Source: a virus
Lineage: Duplodnaviria > Caudoviricetes
DNA length: 64,000 nucleotides
Direction: 5' to 3' (one strand)
IMG/VR virus record: IMGVR_UViG_3300014000_000001
Location: 1-64,000 of that record
This document shows positions 8,466-18,309 of this stretch, piece by piece. The notes under the pieces were generated by a model. That model was given only the letters and a program-made list of their open reading frames with translations, made no database searches and was not told where the DNA came from. A program made the position numbers and the translations under genes. Every line of letters begins with the position of its first letter. Position 1 is the stretch's first letter.

Positions 8466-11400
8466 TCAATATTTAGGGTGGCGCACTGGCGGCCAGCTGT
8501 ATTGTGTTTCATCTGCAATAGTTTTTTCATAAATGCCATTATAAGATGCAGACCAATTAGCGTTACTTGTATAATTAGCCATACTACCTACGGGTACATT
8601 TAATTCAACTGCTTGACCAGGAATAACACCGTCGAGAACAGGTGGTGCATTAGATGTGATGAATAGAGCAAATGATCCACTACCATACACATAGTTATTT
8701 ACAAAAGCATCTTTCTTAAGAGTAGTTACGTTCTTACCTAACTTGATACGCGAAGCACTAATCGATTGTGAGCCTATTGTAACTAGACTGTCAGGTAGGT
8801 TAAATAAATAAGAGCCATTTTTATTGGTACTATAGAAAGCACGATCATCTATGGTCTCAACACCTCCTTCTTCAAACACTACATCACCATAAAGCATGTT
8901 TTCAAAAGCACTTACTCCGATTGACTTAATTGTCTTAGGAATTCCATCTATGCTCAATGTTTTGTTTTCATCAGTGCGCCCATCTTTAAATGCGCGGTCA
9001 CCAATCTTAGTAACACTACCTCCTTTAAACATCACTCCATTAATCCACTTCTCTGGAGTTTGTACTGTGGTGATAAAGTCATCAGGTACTTCATCGTACG
9101 GATAAGTCACAATGGTGCCGTCACTGAACTGTACTTTGAATCCTTGATAGTAAGTTGGGCAGGTACCCCATACTGGGAGCATCGCTTCAGTTAATTGAGT
9201 GTTTAAAGCAAACTGATCAGGCTTATTGTTAAGTCTAGCTACACACCAGTTACTTAAATCCTGATTAAAGTTAACCGCACCGCGTAAGAATGAATTTGCT
9301 TCCCAGATGTTTGCTGCATTCCATAAGCTAACGTTTGGATCATTGATTACCAAGTTATTTTCAAAGATTGAATTTAAGCTTAATAAATTAGTTGGTAGAT
9401 TCGGTGGCACATTAGCTATAGTAGGCGGTAATTGTACATGGTTGGTATTTAAATTGATCCATTCGAGGACATTAACAGTGTAAGCTGGGTATCTAAACCC
9501 ATCCATAGTTGATTTACTAGCGTTAGCGAATAGCACCACAACTTCAACATCACCAGTGTAATCAATCACCCCATCATCTGTTAACTTAACGGAAACCTCC
9601 CCAGTCCAACCACTTTTTAATAAAGTCATAGCTGCACGAACTTTACCATCGATTTGAACTATTACGTTACCACCATCAACTGATGGAGTTACAGATACAT
9701 TATAATTGCCACCCATATCGTGACCTTCATTGATTCTATCTCCAGGCATGATAAAGCGTGTAGCTACAGTCATCTTTTGCGTATTACCCCAACTTGGGTT
9801 GTTTGAAGTAGTCAAACCAGGCGGAGTGGATAGGATGAGTGGAACATAGAAATGTTCCATAACCAGAACCTTATAATTAGGGTCAAGATTACAGAAGTAT
9901 TCCATGTCGGTACAGCTTGACCAATCCCAACTATAAATCCAGATTCTTTGCGTGTTATCTGCAAAGAAGTAACCTGCATCTTGAACTTTAGATACATCCC
10001 AATCAATACTGCGCTTAAAGCCTGTAGCTTGTAGCATCTCACGAATGTTAATCGCTGAAGACATATTCCATTGGCCAATATCTTGGTTAAATTTGCTACA
10101 GAACCTTAAGAAACCGCGGAACTGTTCAATTCCTACTGTATTCCAATAGTTAATCACTGCATTAAAATAAGTGTTCGTTGCAAACATGTAAGTATAGTCA
10201 GTGGTTCCAATAGGTTCAGTAGATGGTACTAATAAAACTGTTGGTAATGCATATTGTTCGACTCCTACTTTTAACCATCGCGCAATCGAGTGAATACCAT
10301 TTAATTTCAGGTACTTAATTGGATTACTCGATACGATTTGTAATTTCAAACCTGTGGCGTCGGCGTAAGTATGTTGATAGTCTTGGGTGGTGTTAGCATC
10401 TGCAATAAAATCGGTTGTTGTGCCATCACCCCAAATAATTGTACCGCTACCCCCAACAACACTTACAACAACATCACCAGATCGTGTAGTTTCATTGGTC
10501 AATAAAGCAACCAGATTATCACTAAAATCCGTAGATTCTATTTCCCAAGTAAGCGGCGTTAGCGCTAATCCAGTGGTGTTCACTGCTGTAATGTTGACAG
10601 TTGATTTTCCATAACCTTTAAAATCAACACGAAGCATCCCTTCATACTGTGCAACTGCATTTCCAGTTACCTCATCCAAGATATTCCCAATGAATTTGTT
10701 CTGAACTACCGTCACTTCCACATTATCATGGTTACTATTAGTGATGACTAAATTGGGTTCAATTGGAAGTGAACCATCATCCCATTTTGTGAAAATATGT
10801 TTAAAGGTCAGATACTGATAAGTGCCTACTTCACCTGACATAATACCATCAGTAATGCCGTTTTCATTAGGTTCGACTTGTTCAATCCTAACTTCACGAG
10901 ATTTGTTGATATCTGCTTTACGTTCGATATGAACACTAACTTCAGCACCACTTGATGCTGTCACCACGAAATCCGCACTACCAACTGAATCCACAGCGAT
11001 ATTATAAGTAGCATAGTCGTATCCATTAATGATTTGCTGTGTTACTCGTGCGTTAGCTGTATTGTTTTTGAATGAATAGGATAACATACCACTATACATC
11101 AAAATACCATATGGATTACTCACCTTGATCGAGATATTATTATTATCAGTATATTCAAGAACGAAAGTATCTGGAGTTGCAATCAATGTATCGAGGACAG
11201 TAGCTTTTAAACATAAGTTTATTGGTCCAGTTTGATCAATAAAAGCTGTTGTTGATGGAGCTGTGAACGTAGCAATATCTTCAGGTAGAACTTCATTTTG
11301 TATAATGACTTTAAAACTCTGCGCTTGAGATACTTGATAAAATTTTATGTTTTGTCCAATGAACCCACTTGTTGAATTGATACGAACTCTTCCGTCGTAG

Positions 11401-13511
11401 GTATCCTTACTAATGATTAATAAACCATTTTCACTAGCAACGTAGGCGTCTTTTGCACCAGAATAAGTTTGTCCCCAACTGTTACTACGCTTGCTGTGGA
11501 TATTATCGACCAAATCAATAAGTGAGTTAAATTTCCCATCACCTATGATTTGTCCATTCTCATCAGTAAGCCAGAATTCTTCACCGGTATATGTGTTAAC
11601 TGGGTTGGGGAATTTAATATATACACCAACCGTAGAACCATCACAGCTAATCGGTTGAGGTTTAATGACTGGTGTACCTGGTCCAACACACACTCCTGAC
11701 CCACCGTTTGGGTAATATTCGGCACCCCAAGTTGAGTAAATTAGATATTTTAACGCGTCTTGGTCATCTGGTTGAATGGCGACTTTAACTGTATGACTCA
11801 CATCGGTGACATTCTGCACAGTCTGCACTATTGCTAACTGCCATGTATCATCTACCACACCCTCATCTTTGAAGTGTTGAACAATTGTCTCATTGGTCAG
11901 ATCTAATGGAAGTGAATTAACTAATTCAAACATGCCTTCAGGGAATTGCTGGTAATCAACACCATCTACATTAATTCCAGCTGCAGATGGTTGGATGGTT
12001 GCATTTGGGTTAACAAACACACATAGGATTAAATAGGGTTCAGCCCCAACACAGTTTATTCCGGAAGTTGGCTGGTCTTCAGCTTTAGCTAAACACATCT
12101 CAAACCCGCCATCTGTTCGAGCCTTAGCATTGCTGGTTAAAGGTAGGCATTTCATTGAATCCTGATTAGTTGGTAGTACTTCTAACCGTACCTTCACTTG
12201 TTCTGTTGCCCTGTTACGGATTGTCAGTTTCATTCCTATATTGTAGTCACTTTTATTTAATCCCAATGACGTCCAATCAGCATCATTAAGAGCAACTTGA
12301 CTTATATTTACCGTGGATGGTGGGCCATTTGGAGCCAAGACATCATTAACATAGAAGTTCTGCTGTGTAGGATTAATATCTCCACCTCTCATCACCATTG
12401 CAATTGTGGCGGCGTCTGTAGCTCCGTCACAAATATCAGCCTCTTTAGGTGCTGAAGCCAAGCAGAACCCATAACCATCCAATGGACCTAGGTCAATGAT
12501 AGATTCATCTAACTCACCTGATTTTGGAATTATTTCAGCATCTTGAGATTTAGGCACTAAGCGCACACGATGGGGAGATTCTTTATCTGAGTTTTGAAAT
12601 TTATTAAACCCAGTTTCTTCTGGTTCTTCCACTTCTATACCATGATAAAACACCATCAATGCTTGGGTGTTTTGATAGTTATTTAAATAACTTAGTGTTT
12701 GAATCCCTTCTTCATTGATCCCAATATTTTTACCAAAGATAATATCATCACCAAATAACACAACCCGTAATGCGTTAATCTGATCAAGATTTGTGTTGGT
12801 TAATTTGAATCTTAAATTGTTGCCGTTATTCGGTTTTGGATCTAAAGCTTCACAGCGAACACCATAAGCTTTTAAATCTTGATCCATTTCTACGGCTAAC
12901 GAGTCCATAGGGGTTGAAAATAGATAAGTCCCTATTAACGTTGAATCAAAAGTATAAAAACTTATCCCTGTAGTTTCATTCCAATCAGGAGAGTTAACTG
13001 GTTTTGAAACAGATACAGTGATTGGGTTAATAGCATTATCTGAACTTATATCGCCATATTCGCTTTCTAACGTAAATGGACTTGGATTTGGATCTCGATT
13101 ACCGTCTAGGTAATAGGCTAAATTATAACCCTTAACTACCCATTCTAATTGCGGGTAGTTGTTTAGAACTATGGTTAAATCAGTTTGAGTATCTACAAGA
13201 GATAACAACCCAGCTTCATTAATTTCAAATACAGGCTTTTCTATATCGGGGATCGGGTTACCGTCAAACTCCGCCCAACCTTCTAAACTTTCAGCTAACT
13301 GTGTGTTGATATCTTGGATGATTTCCTCAACTGGCAATGTATGGATATCACCATATTTTGCCTCCCATGAGCAAATAGCAGAAGTTGACGCAGTGATTAA
13401 TTGAAGACAGATAAACAATGTCGCATCAAGCGGTATCGGGTCGATTCCAGCAATACTATTATTCAATAGATCACTAAAAGGGACATTTAAAGGTAAAGTA
13501 TTAACAGTCAT
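8466..13511 (-). CDS. large modular surface/fibre-like protein with DUF285-type and BspA-type LRR repeats
   Basis: FNQDIGQWNMSS, FNQDLSNWCV (DUF285-like); VTKIGDRAF, IKSIGVSAF, LPDSLVTIG (LRR_5-like); PKD-like IIWGDG; Cys-bracketed beta modules. Confidence 0.7.
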   Translation of the reverse strand: MTVNTLPLNVPFSDLLNNSIAGIDPIPLDATLFICLQLITASTSAICSWEAKYGDIHTLPVEEIIQDINTQLAESLEGWAEFDGNPIPDIEKPVFEINEAGLLSLVDTQTDLTIVLNNYPQLEWVVKGYNLAYYLDGNRDPNPSPFTLESEYGDISSDNAINPITVSVSKPVNSPDWNETTGISFYTFDSTLIGTYLFSTPMDSLAVEMDQDLKAYGVRCEALDPKPNNGNNLRFKLTNTNLDQINALRVVLFGDDIIFGKNIGINEEGIQTLSYLNNYQNTQALMVFYHGIEVEEPEETGFNKFQNSDKESPHRVRLVPKSQDAEIIPKSGELDESIIDLGPLDGYGFCLASAPKEADICDGATDAATIAMVMRGGDINPTQQNFYVNDVLAPNGPPSTVNISQVALNDADWTSLGLNKSDYNIGMKLTIRNRATEQVKVRLEVLPTNQDSMKCLPLTSNAKARTDGGFEMCLAKAEDQPTSGINCVGAEPYLILCVFVNPNATIQPSAAGINVDGVDYQQFPEGMFELVNSLPLDLTNETIVQHFKDEGVVDDTWQLAIVQTVQNVTDVSHTVKVAIQPDDQDALKYLIYSTWGAEYYPNGGSGVCVGPGTPVIKPQPISCDGSTVGVYIKFPNPVNTYTGEEFWLTDENGQIIGDGKFNSLIDLVDNIHSKRSNSWGQTYSGAKDAYVASENGLLIISKDTYDGRVRINSTSGFIGQNIKFYQVSQAQSFKVIIQNEVLPEDIATFTAPSTTAFIDQTGPINLCLKATVLDTLIATPDTFVLEYTDNNNISIKVSNPYGILMYSGMLSYSFKNNTANARVTQQIINGYDYATYNIAVDSVGSADFVVTASSGAEVSVHIERKADINKSREVRIEQVEPNENGITDGIMSGEVGTYQYLTFKHIFTKWDDGSLPIEPNLVITNSNHDNVEVTVVQNKFIGNILDEVTGNAVAQYEGMLRVDFKGYGKSTVNITAVNTTGLALTPLTWEIESTDFSDNLVALLTNETTRSGDVVVSVVGGSGTIIWGDGTTTDFIADANTTQDYQHTYADATGLKLQIVSSNPIKYLKLNGIHSIARWLKVGVEQYALPTVLLVPSTEPIGTTDYTYMFATNTYFNAVINYWNTVGIEQFRGFLRFCSKFNQDIGQWNMSSAINIREMLQATGFKRSIDWDVSKVQDAGYFFADNTQRIWIYSWDWSSCTDMEYFCNLDPNYKVLVMEHFYVPLILSTPPGLTTSNNPSWGNTQKMTVATRFIMPGDRINEGHDMGGNYNVSVTPSVDGGNVIVQIDGKVRAAMTLLKSGWTGEVSVKLTDDGVIDYTGDVEVVVLFANASKSTMDGFRYPAYTVNVLEWINLNTNHVQLPPTIANVPPNLPTNLLSLNSIFENNLVINDPNVSLWNAANIWEANSFLRGAVNFNQDLSNWCVARLNNKPDQFALNTQLTEAMLPVWGTCPTYYQGFKVQFSDGTIVTYPYDEVPDDFITTVQTPEKWINGVMFKGGSVTKIGDRAFKDGRTDENKTLSIDGIPKTIKSIGVSAFENMLYGDVVFEEGGVETIDDRAFYSTNKNGSYLFNLPDSLVTIGSQSISASRIKLGKNVTTLKKDAFVNNYVYGSGSFALFITSNAPPVLDGVIPGQAVELNVPVGSMANYTSNANWSASYNGIYEKTIADETQYSWPPVRHPKY

Positions 13512-13548
13512 ATTCGTTCCTTAAAAAACTAAATAAACATTATAAATT

Positions 13549-13578
13549 GGAAGATAGAACCCTAGGGTTCTATCTTCC
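13549..13578 (-). terminator. CCTAGG-centred palindrome / terminator
   Basis: GGAAGATAGAACCCT|AGGGTTCTATCTTCC. Confidence 0.7.
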
Positions 13579-13590
13579 TAAGTACATATA

Positions 13591-13887
13591 TTATTCAACA
13601 ATTACTTCGCCAGCTACATTAGTTGGTGCCACCACAAGATCATCCGTGCCAGTAACCATCAATTCAATTGGATCGGAATATTTAGTCTGCCCTGCATACT
13701 TTGAGCCAATGCGGTAATACATCTTTCTGGTGGTGGGTGCAGTTTGGTCAAAAGTATAAGTTAAATCACTTATGTCCAGACCAGTTACTTCATCATTCCA
13801 ATCAACCCCGTTAGTTGATTTTTGAATACTCTGTGAATCACATTTAATAGATTCGTTGGCCCAATCTAATTTTACGCTAATACCCAT
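13591..13887 (-). CDS. small fibronectin-III-like beta protein
   Basis: VKLDW...IQKS.NG..W...YTF.....YYRI......YSDP pattern. Confidence 0.55.
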   Translation of the reverse strand: MGISVKLDWANESIKCDSQSIQKSTNGVDWNDEVTGLDISDLTYTFDQTAPTTRKMYYRIGSKYAGQTKYSDPIELMVTGTDDLVVAPTNVAGEVIVE

Positions 13888-13907
13888 AAACTCACCCTTT
13901 CCTAAGT

Positions 13908-14111
13908 TTACATATAAATGACTTCAGCAGACAAGATAACAGGAGCAACCGTTAACTCAGCTACCGCTAAACAAAATCCAATCTCCGATCCTGTACGAAC
14001 CATCCAATTGGGAAACTGTCCATCCAATCCCTTCACTGTGTCTGGATTGATTGAACTAATGCGGATACGTTTATTCGTATCGCTTTGGTTGATGAAGCGA
14101 ATCGCTTTCAC
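13908..14111 (-). CDS. small protein resembling one module of the 1681-aa protein
   Basis: RFINQSDTNKRIRI...IGFCLA vs KFQNSDKESPHRVRL...YGFCLA; GAGGTG SD. Confidence 0.55.
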   Translation of the reverse strand: MKAIRFINQSDTNKRIRISSINPDTVKGLDGQFPNWMVRTGSEIGFCLAVAELTVAPVILSAEVIYM

Positions 14112-14127
14112 AACACACCTCTCTTGC

Positions 14128-14667
14128 CTAAGGATTTATCTTTAATGGGAATGAATCATTAAAGACACGTAGTACCTTTATTGTTGGATCTGGAGAGGCT
14201 TTAACCAGAGGATAATTCTCCTCATTATAAGGATGAATCTTCGCAATAGTCTTACCCTCAACCAGAGGATTAATTACTCGAATCTTCGCAATTCGAGTAA
14301 TCCTTACTTTAGTTAAAAAACAATGTTCCTGTGTATAAAACGCATCCCAGAGTTTATGATCTTTGGTCATCTGCTCTGGCGTAAACATGGTCTTTTCATT
14401 GCCTTTCACCAACCCATAGACATACATATCCATATGCGGGTATTTATACTTAGTAAAGTATTTATGTATGTTCGGCCATACTGCTCGAAAGCATTCTCCT
14501 ACCGAAGGAGAAAACGAAATTCTTGGAGGTAGGTTTTCAGCGAATAAAGAATCACCTTTTGTTGGTTTTTCAATATCATCGGGATTAGATAATCCTGAAG
14601 GTTGTCTTGGATATAAAAAGGTTGGTAAGGCTTTATTGAATGAAATATGGAAGAGTGGAGGAATCAT
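14128..14667 (-). CDS. hypothetical protein
   Basis: 179-aa ORF, ATGA-coupled to upstream gene. Confidence 0.7.
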   Translation of the reverse strand: MIPPLFHISFNKALPTFLYPRQPSGLSNPDDIEKPTKGDSLFAENLPPRISFSPSVGECFRAVWPNIHKYFTKYKYPHMDMYVYGLVKGNEKTMFTPEQMTKDHKLWDAFYTQEHCFLTKVRITRIAKIRVINPLVEGKTIAKIHPYNEENYPLVKASPDPTIKVLRVFNDSFPLKINP

Positions 14668-15287
14668 AAGTCATCCTTTTCAGTCGAGCGTGCTGAACTA
14701 TGTTCTAACTTCAACCATTCATTCTCCCATAGATTATCAATAAATTCCTCAACACTCTGAGGCATCACTCGCTCTTCTACGACTAAAGAGCCATTTTTAA
14801 TATCGAATGGGAAATCAGGAATTGGGTCATTCTTACTGTTGTATTCAAGATCAATTTTAATCCAAGAAGACCGTCCACCTGATTTAGATTTAAATACATC
14901 CACCTCCCAAACTAACCCATTATCTCCAGCAGGGAAAGTAAAACGTTCTTTTAAGTATCCAGAACTACAACCTAACTTCTTCATTTCAAACATATCTGGA
15001 GAGATATCACTAACACATTCATAATAACCTTCTTCCCCAGTTAAAGGTTGTTTCACTGCTTCAGTATAACGTCGGTTATTAATTAAACGCAAACGTCCGC
15101 GTAAAGGACAGCCTTCTTTATAGTCAATTTGCCACTGTTCGTGTAATTCACGAGTACGTGCTAAATCAATCCAGTCGAAGTTTTCTACCTCAGCATAAGC
15201 TGTGTATTCCCGTTCGACATGGCGCTCCCCATCAATGGTATCTTCCATTTTGAGGTTCTCAAAATTAATGCCATGCATCCTAATCAC
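14664..15287 (-). CDS. CYTH-like (triphosphate tunnel) domain protein
   Basis: EREY, GRLR, KERFTF, WEVDVF, IKIDLE spaced as in the CYTH fold. Confidence 0.55.
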   Translation of the reverse strand: MIRMHGINFENLKMEDTIDGERHVEREYTAYAEVENFDWIDLARTRELHEQWQIDYKEGCPLRGRLRLINNRRYTEAVKQPLTGEEGYYECVSDISPDMFEMKKLGCSSGYLKERFTFPAGDNGLVWEVDVFKSKSGGRSSWIKIDLEYNSKNDPIPDFPFDIKNGSLVVEERVMPQSVEEFIDNLWENEWLKLEHSSARSTEKDDL

Positions 15288-15340
15288 CTTAATCTTTTGA
15301 AGCTACGTTCAGTCATAAAATATCGAGTGCAGGGTAACTA

Positions 15341-15961
15341 ATGTCATACTTTTCTTTTTTGTCTACTCCTGATGCTTTAGGAGTAACAAGTTGCATCTCA
15401 GGGGAACATAACAATATCGAAAATCTCTCCTCAGATCAAATCTTATCTTACGCCAACGCATTAGCGAAATGTAACACCTCAATGATTAACCAACAAGCTG
15501 CAAAAGGTAAAATTATTCTTGTTGGAAAAACCTCCACACAGGATGGTTATTTAAAACAATATCCAATTAATGATGATTGGATGTTTCAAGCTTTTCGTGC
15601 CACTCACGATTGCTGGTATTATCTTTTACAACCACGTAACATTTGTGCGACCTACCACTATAAGACAGGGATGCGTAAGATCGCACGCAAACGCTTAACC
15701 AACGCGATTGACGTAGATGTCTGGGTTCGCTATGATCGTTTATCTAAGCTATTTTATTTAGATGAATTTGCTAAGATTGTAGATAGTCCAGATTTAACTA
15801 AAGCTATTTTAAAATACACCGAGTTATTCGATGCAACCGATTATGCCTCATGGATCGAACACTATGGTTGGATTTATCCTGAAATGAGTTACATCCACCG
15901 ACTGTATTTAAAGAAACATGTATCGCAGTACTGTAGACAAATCAAACGTTATCAAAAATAG
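15341..15961 (+). CDS. hypothetical protein
   Basis: 206-aa ORF ending at a palindromic terminator. Confidence 0.7.
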   Translation: MSYFSFLSTPDALGVTSCISGEHNNIENLSSDQILSYANALAKCNTSMINQQAAKGKIILVGKTSTQDGYLKQYPINDDWMFQAFRATHDCWYYLLQPRNICATYHYKTGMRKIARKRLTNAIDVDVWVRYDRLSKLFYLDEFAKIVDSPDLTKAILKYTELFDATDYASWIEHYGWIYPEMSYIHRLYLKKHVSQYCRQIKRYQK

Positions 15962-15997
15962 GATAAGGGAGAGCCTAGGCTCTCCCTTATCCTTTTA
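15960..15997. terminator. bidirectional terminator (34-bp CCTAGG palindrome)
   Basis: AGGATAAGGGAGAGCCT|AGGCTCTCCCTTATCCT between convergent genes. Confidence 0.8.
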
Positions 15998-16615
15998 TGG
16001 GTTTTGCTGACTAATCAATTCTTGAATGATTTTATCTTGTTCAGTAATGCGCTCTTGTAACCGTGCAATGATCATCTCAGAAGTTTCAATATTTGCAATG
16101 CCTGCAACCCGAGCATCTTCAGCATTGATATACTCTTCTTGAGTGAGTACTGTGGTCGATAAAGCGGTATGTGTCGCAGTTTCAATTAAATTAGAATCAA
16201 TCCCAGTGAATTTAGCCGCAATCTGTTTGATTTCGTCTTGTAGGTTTAAAAGATCTACTGTAGAAGGCTGTGGTCCTAAATCAATAGAGATTACCGTGTA
16301 GTCTAAAGTAACTGCAGATTGATCAGGGTACTTTAAAATATAGGTATCAGGAACAAAGATACGTTCACCGTTCGTCCCCAAGAGCCCAACAATAATAACT
16401 CCAAGTGCAATATCTGCATTAGCTACATCTTGACTTAACTTAACAGGGTCATAAACCGCACTAAAGATATCTTTACCTGATTTAACAAATTCCTCAACTC
16501 GACGTAATGATACGCAGCGATAGCTAATATTGCTCGCAGTCGACCAAGGAGCCTTGAGTTCAAATTTCCCATAAGCTCCTATTGGTGGTGTTAAACGTTT
16601 AGTGGTATCTGTCAT
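15995..16615 (-). CDS. conserved phiKZ-like protein, probably virion structural
   Basis: 206 aa, C-terminal coiled coil; position next to the RNase H block. Confidence 0.55.
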   Translation of the reverse strand: MTDTTKRLTPPIGAYGKFELKAPWSTASNISYRCVSLRRVEEFVKSGKDIFSAVYDPVKLSQDVANADIALGVIIVGLLGTNGERIFVPDTYILKYPDQSAVTLDYTVISIDLGPQPSTVDLLNLQDEIKQIAAKFTGIDSNLIETATHTALSTTVLTQEEYINAEDARVAGIANIETSEMIIARLQERITEQDKIIQELISQQNP

Positions 16616-17967
16616 TAAGCTACTCCATTACTCTGTTGAGTTTTTGCTATGTACGACTCACGTGTTAATACCATATGTTGGAAATCCAAATGTAAGAAAG
16701 CCAAATAGGTTAGATTGTTACGACGTACACGATAGTAACCCGAAGGCACAGTATCTGATTCTTTTAAAGTACGTGCTTTTTCTAAAGCAATGTTTAACTT
16801 CTCAGCAAAGTCACGCGTACCTTCTTGCATACGTTCAAAATCAGAATTACCTACAGCAGTATTAGCATAATCTGGATAGAGCATACTCATCCGTTTAATG
16901 TTATTAATATTGCTTGGATTGGCAATTACTGCTAACATCATCCCACGATAGAAGGTTGAGAATAATTCAAGATTTTCATCAATATGTTTTTCCACCATAG
17001 TTTTAGTACCGTAACTTGTTGGTACTAATTCGTAAGCTAAATCAGTTAAACCAGAAATAGATACATAGGACGCATATAAGTTTTGATCGATCTGAGTAGC
17101 TGGAACAGAGATACTATCCCATAAAGGTAAAATAGTAAAATCTGTTTCTTCAAACAAAGAAGGGAATATTTTATCCCAATGTTCATACGTGGAGTTATTT
17201 GCAAGATAATCACGAATGGCGGTTTTGATATTGTCAATGTTTGTACCAGCGATACCATATGCAACATATGACCAACTGGTATCTAAACGAGATTCAGAAT
17301 CTTCAGGATCATGCCATGTGAGTGAGAAACTGTCAAACCGAGTTTCTGGATTCTCTCCACGAATTGTATTATATTTAGACAATACTTTATCAGGAGTATT
17401 ACCCGCTAAAATACCAACAACAGTGACTGTATTATTTATGAATTGTGCAAGTGTATCTACAGGTGGAATGATGTAGATACGATATGGCTCGTACTCATCT
17501 TGAAAGTTTCGAGCCGCAAGCCAGACCTTTACGTAGTACTCATAACCGCTGTCTTCTACGGTGAATTCTACGTGAGTAGGCATGAAGTAAGAGTTTTCAG
17601 CTGAACGAGCAAGGTCACCAATAGATAACCATTGAAGATCACCAAATTCTACTTTGAGTGCAGCATAAAATTGATCTTTAGCACTGTTAGCTGGAATTGT
17701 TCCTGCTTTATGTTGAGTGGTAATCCATTCCCCCACAGAGACGATCTTGCGCATCAAGGTTTCAGTCGTTTGAACATTCTGGGAAAGCTCATCAACAACT
17801 TGAAAAGAAACCAATTCTGCATTAGGATAAGTTTGGGGATAACTAAAGTTTCTTTCTTCGGTGGTATATGTCATCTTCTGACGATCAATTTCACCGAAAC
17901 TCGCAACTGCCCCAATGTTATTATTTGCTAGCGACGGGATACGGTAAAAACCTAATATGCTGCGCAT
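16615..17967 (-). CDS. phiKZ-like virion structural protein
   Basis: Long ORF; ATG 17967 follows GAGGA SD; synteny. Confidence 0.55.
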   Translation of the reverse strand: MRSILGFYRIPSLANNNIGAVASFGEIDRQKMTYTTEERNFSYPQTYPNAELVSFQVVDELSQNVQTTETLMRKIVSVGEWITTQHKAGTIPANSAKDQFYAALKVEFGDLQWLSIGDLARSAENSYFMPTHVEFTVEDSGYEYYVKVWLAARNFQDEYEPYRIYIIPPVDTLAQFINNTVTVVGILAGNTPDKVLSKYNTIRGENPETRFDSFSLTWHDPEDSESRLDTSWSYVAYGIAGTNIDNIKTAIRDYLANNSTYEHWDKIFPSLFEETDFTILPLWDSISVPATQIDQNLYASYVSISGLTDLAYELVPTSYGTKTMVEKHIDENLELFSTFYRGMMLAVIANPSNINNIKRMSMLYPDYANTAVGNSDFERMQEGTRDFAEKLNIALEKARTLKESDTVPSGYYRVRRNNLTYLAFLHLDFQHMVLTRESYIAKTQQSNGVA

Positions 17968-18011
17968 GTTAATGTCCTCATTTAAATTCATAAAATCAGG
18001 AGGTGAGAGCT

Positions 18012-18290
18012 ATGAATTTCATTACGATCCTCTTTAAACTCTGGCCCGCCATTAAAGATACCTTTTTTGGCGGGTTAGATTTCACATCTTATATTCGTAG
18101 GAATAAAGTTGTGATGATGTTAATCTTGGCACTTACTGTTACTTTTTGTTCTTTCTTTTACCTGTATGAAGAAGCATTTATCCACGGTGCTTTATCTAAA
18201 GCAAAGAGTGAACAAATCTTAATTCTAAAGAAACAAGTGAAAACATTACAAGATCAAGTTAATAAATATCAGGCTAAGGATTCCTTATGA
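18012..18290 (+). CDS. small membrane protein with coiled-coil tail
   Basis: AGGAGGTG SD; VVMMLILALTVTFCSFFYLY TM. Confidence 0.65.
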   Translation: MNFITILFKLWPAIKDTFFGGLDFTSYIRRNKVVMMLILALTVTFCSFFYLYEEAFIHGALSKAKSEQILILKKQVKTLQDQVNKYQAKDSL

Positions 18291-18309
18291 GTACTGGAGT
18301 ATCTTAGCA

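Noticed and set aside
18012-18290. Holin or spanin call for the small TM/coiled-coil protein
   Set aside because: No adjacent endolysin or o-spanin lipoprotein; topology alone is insufficient
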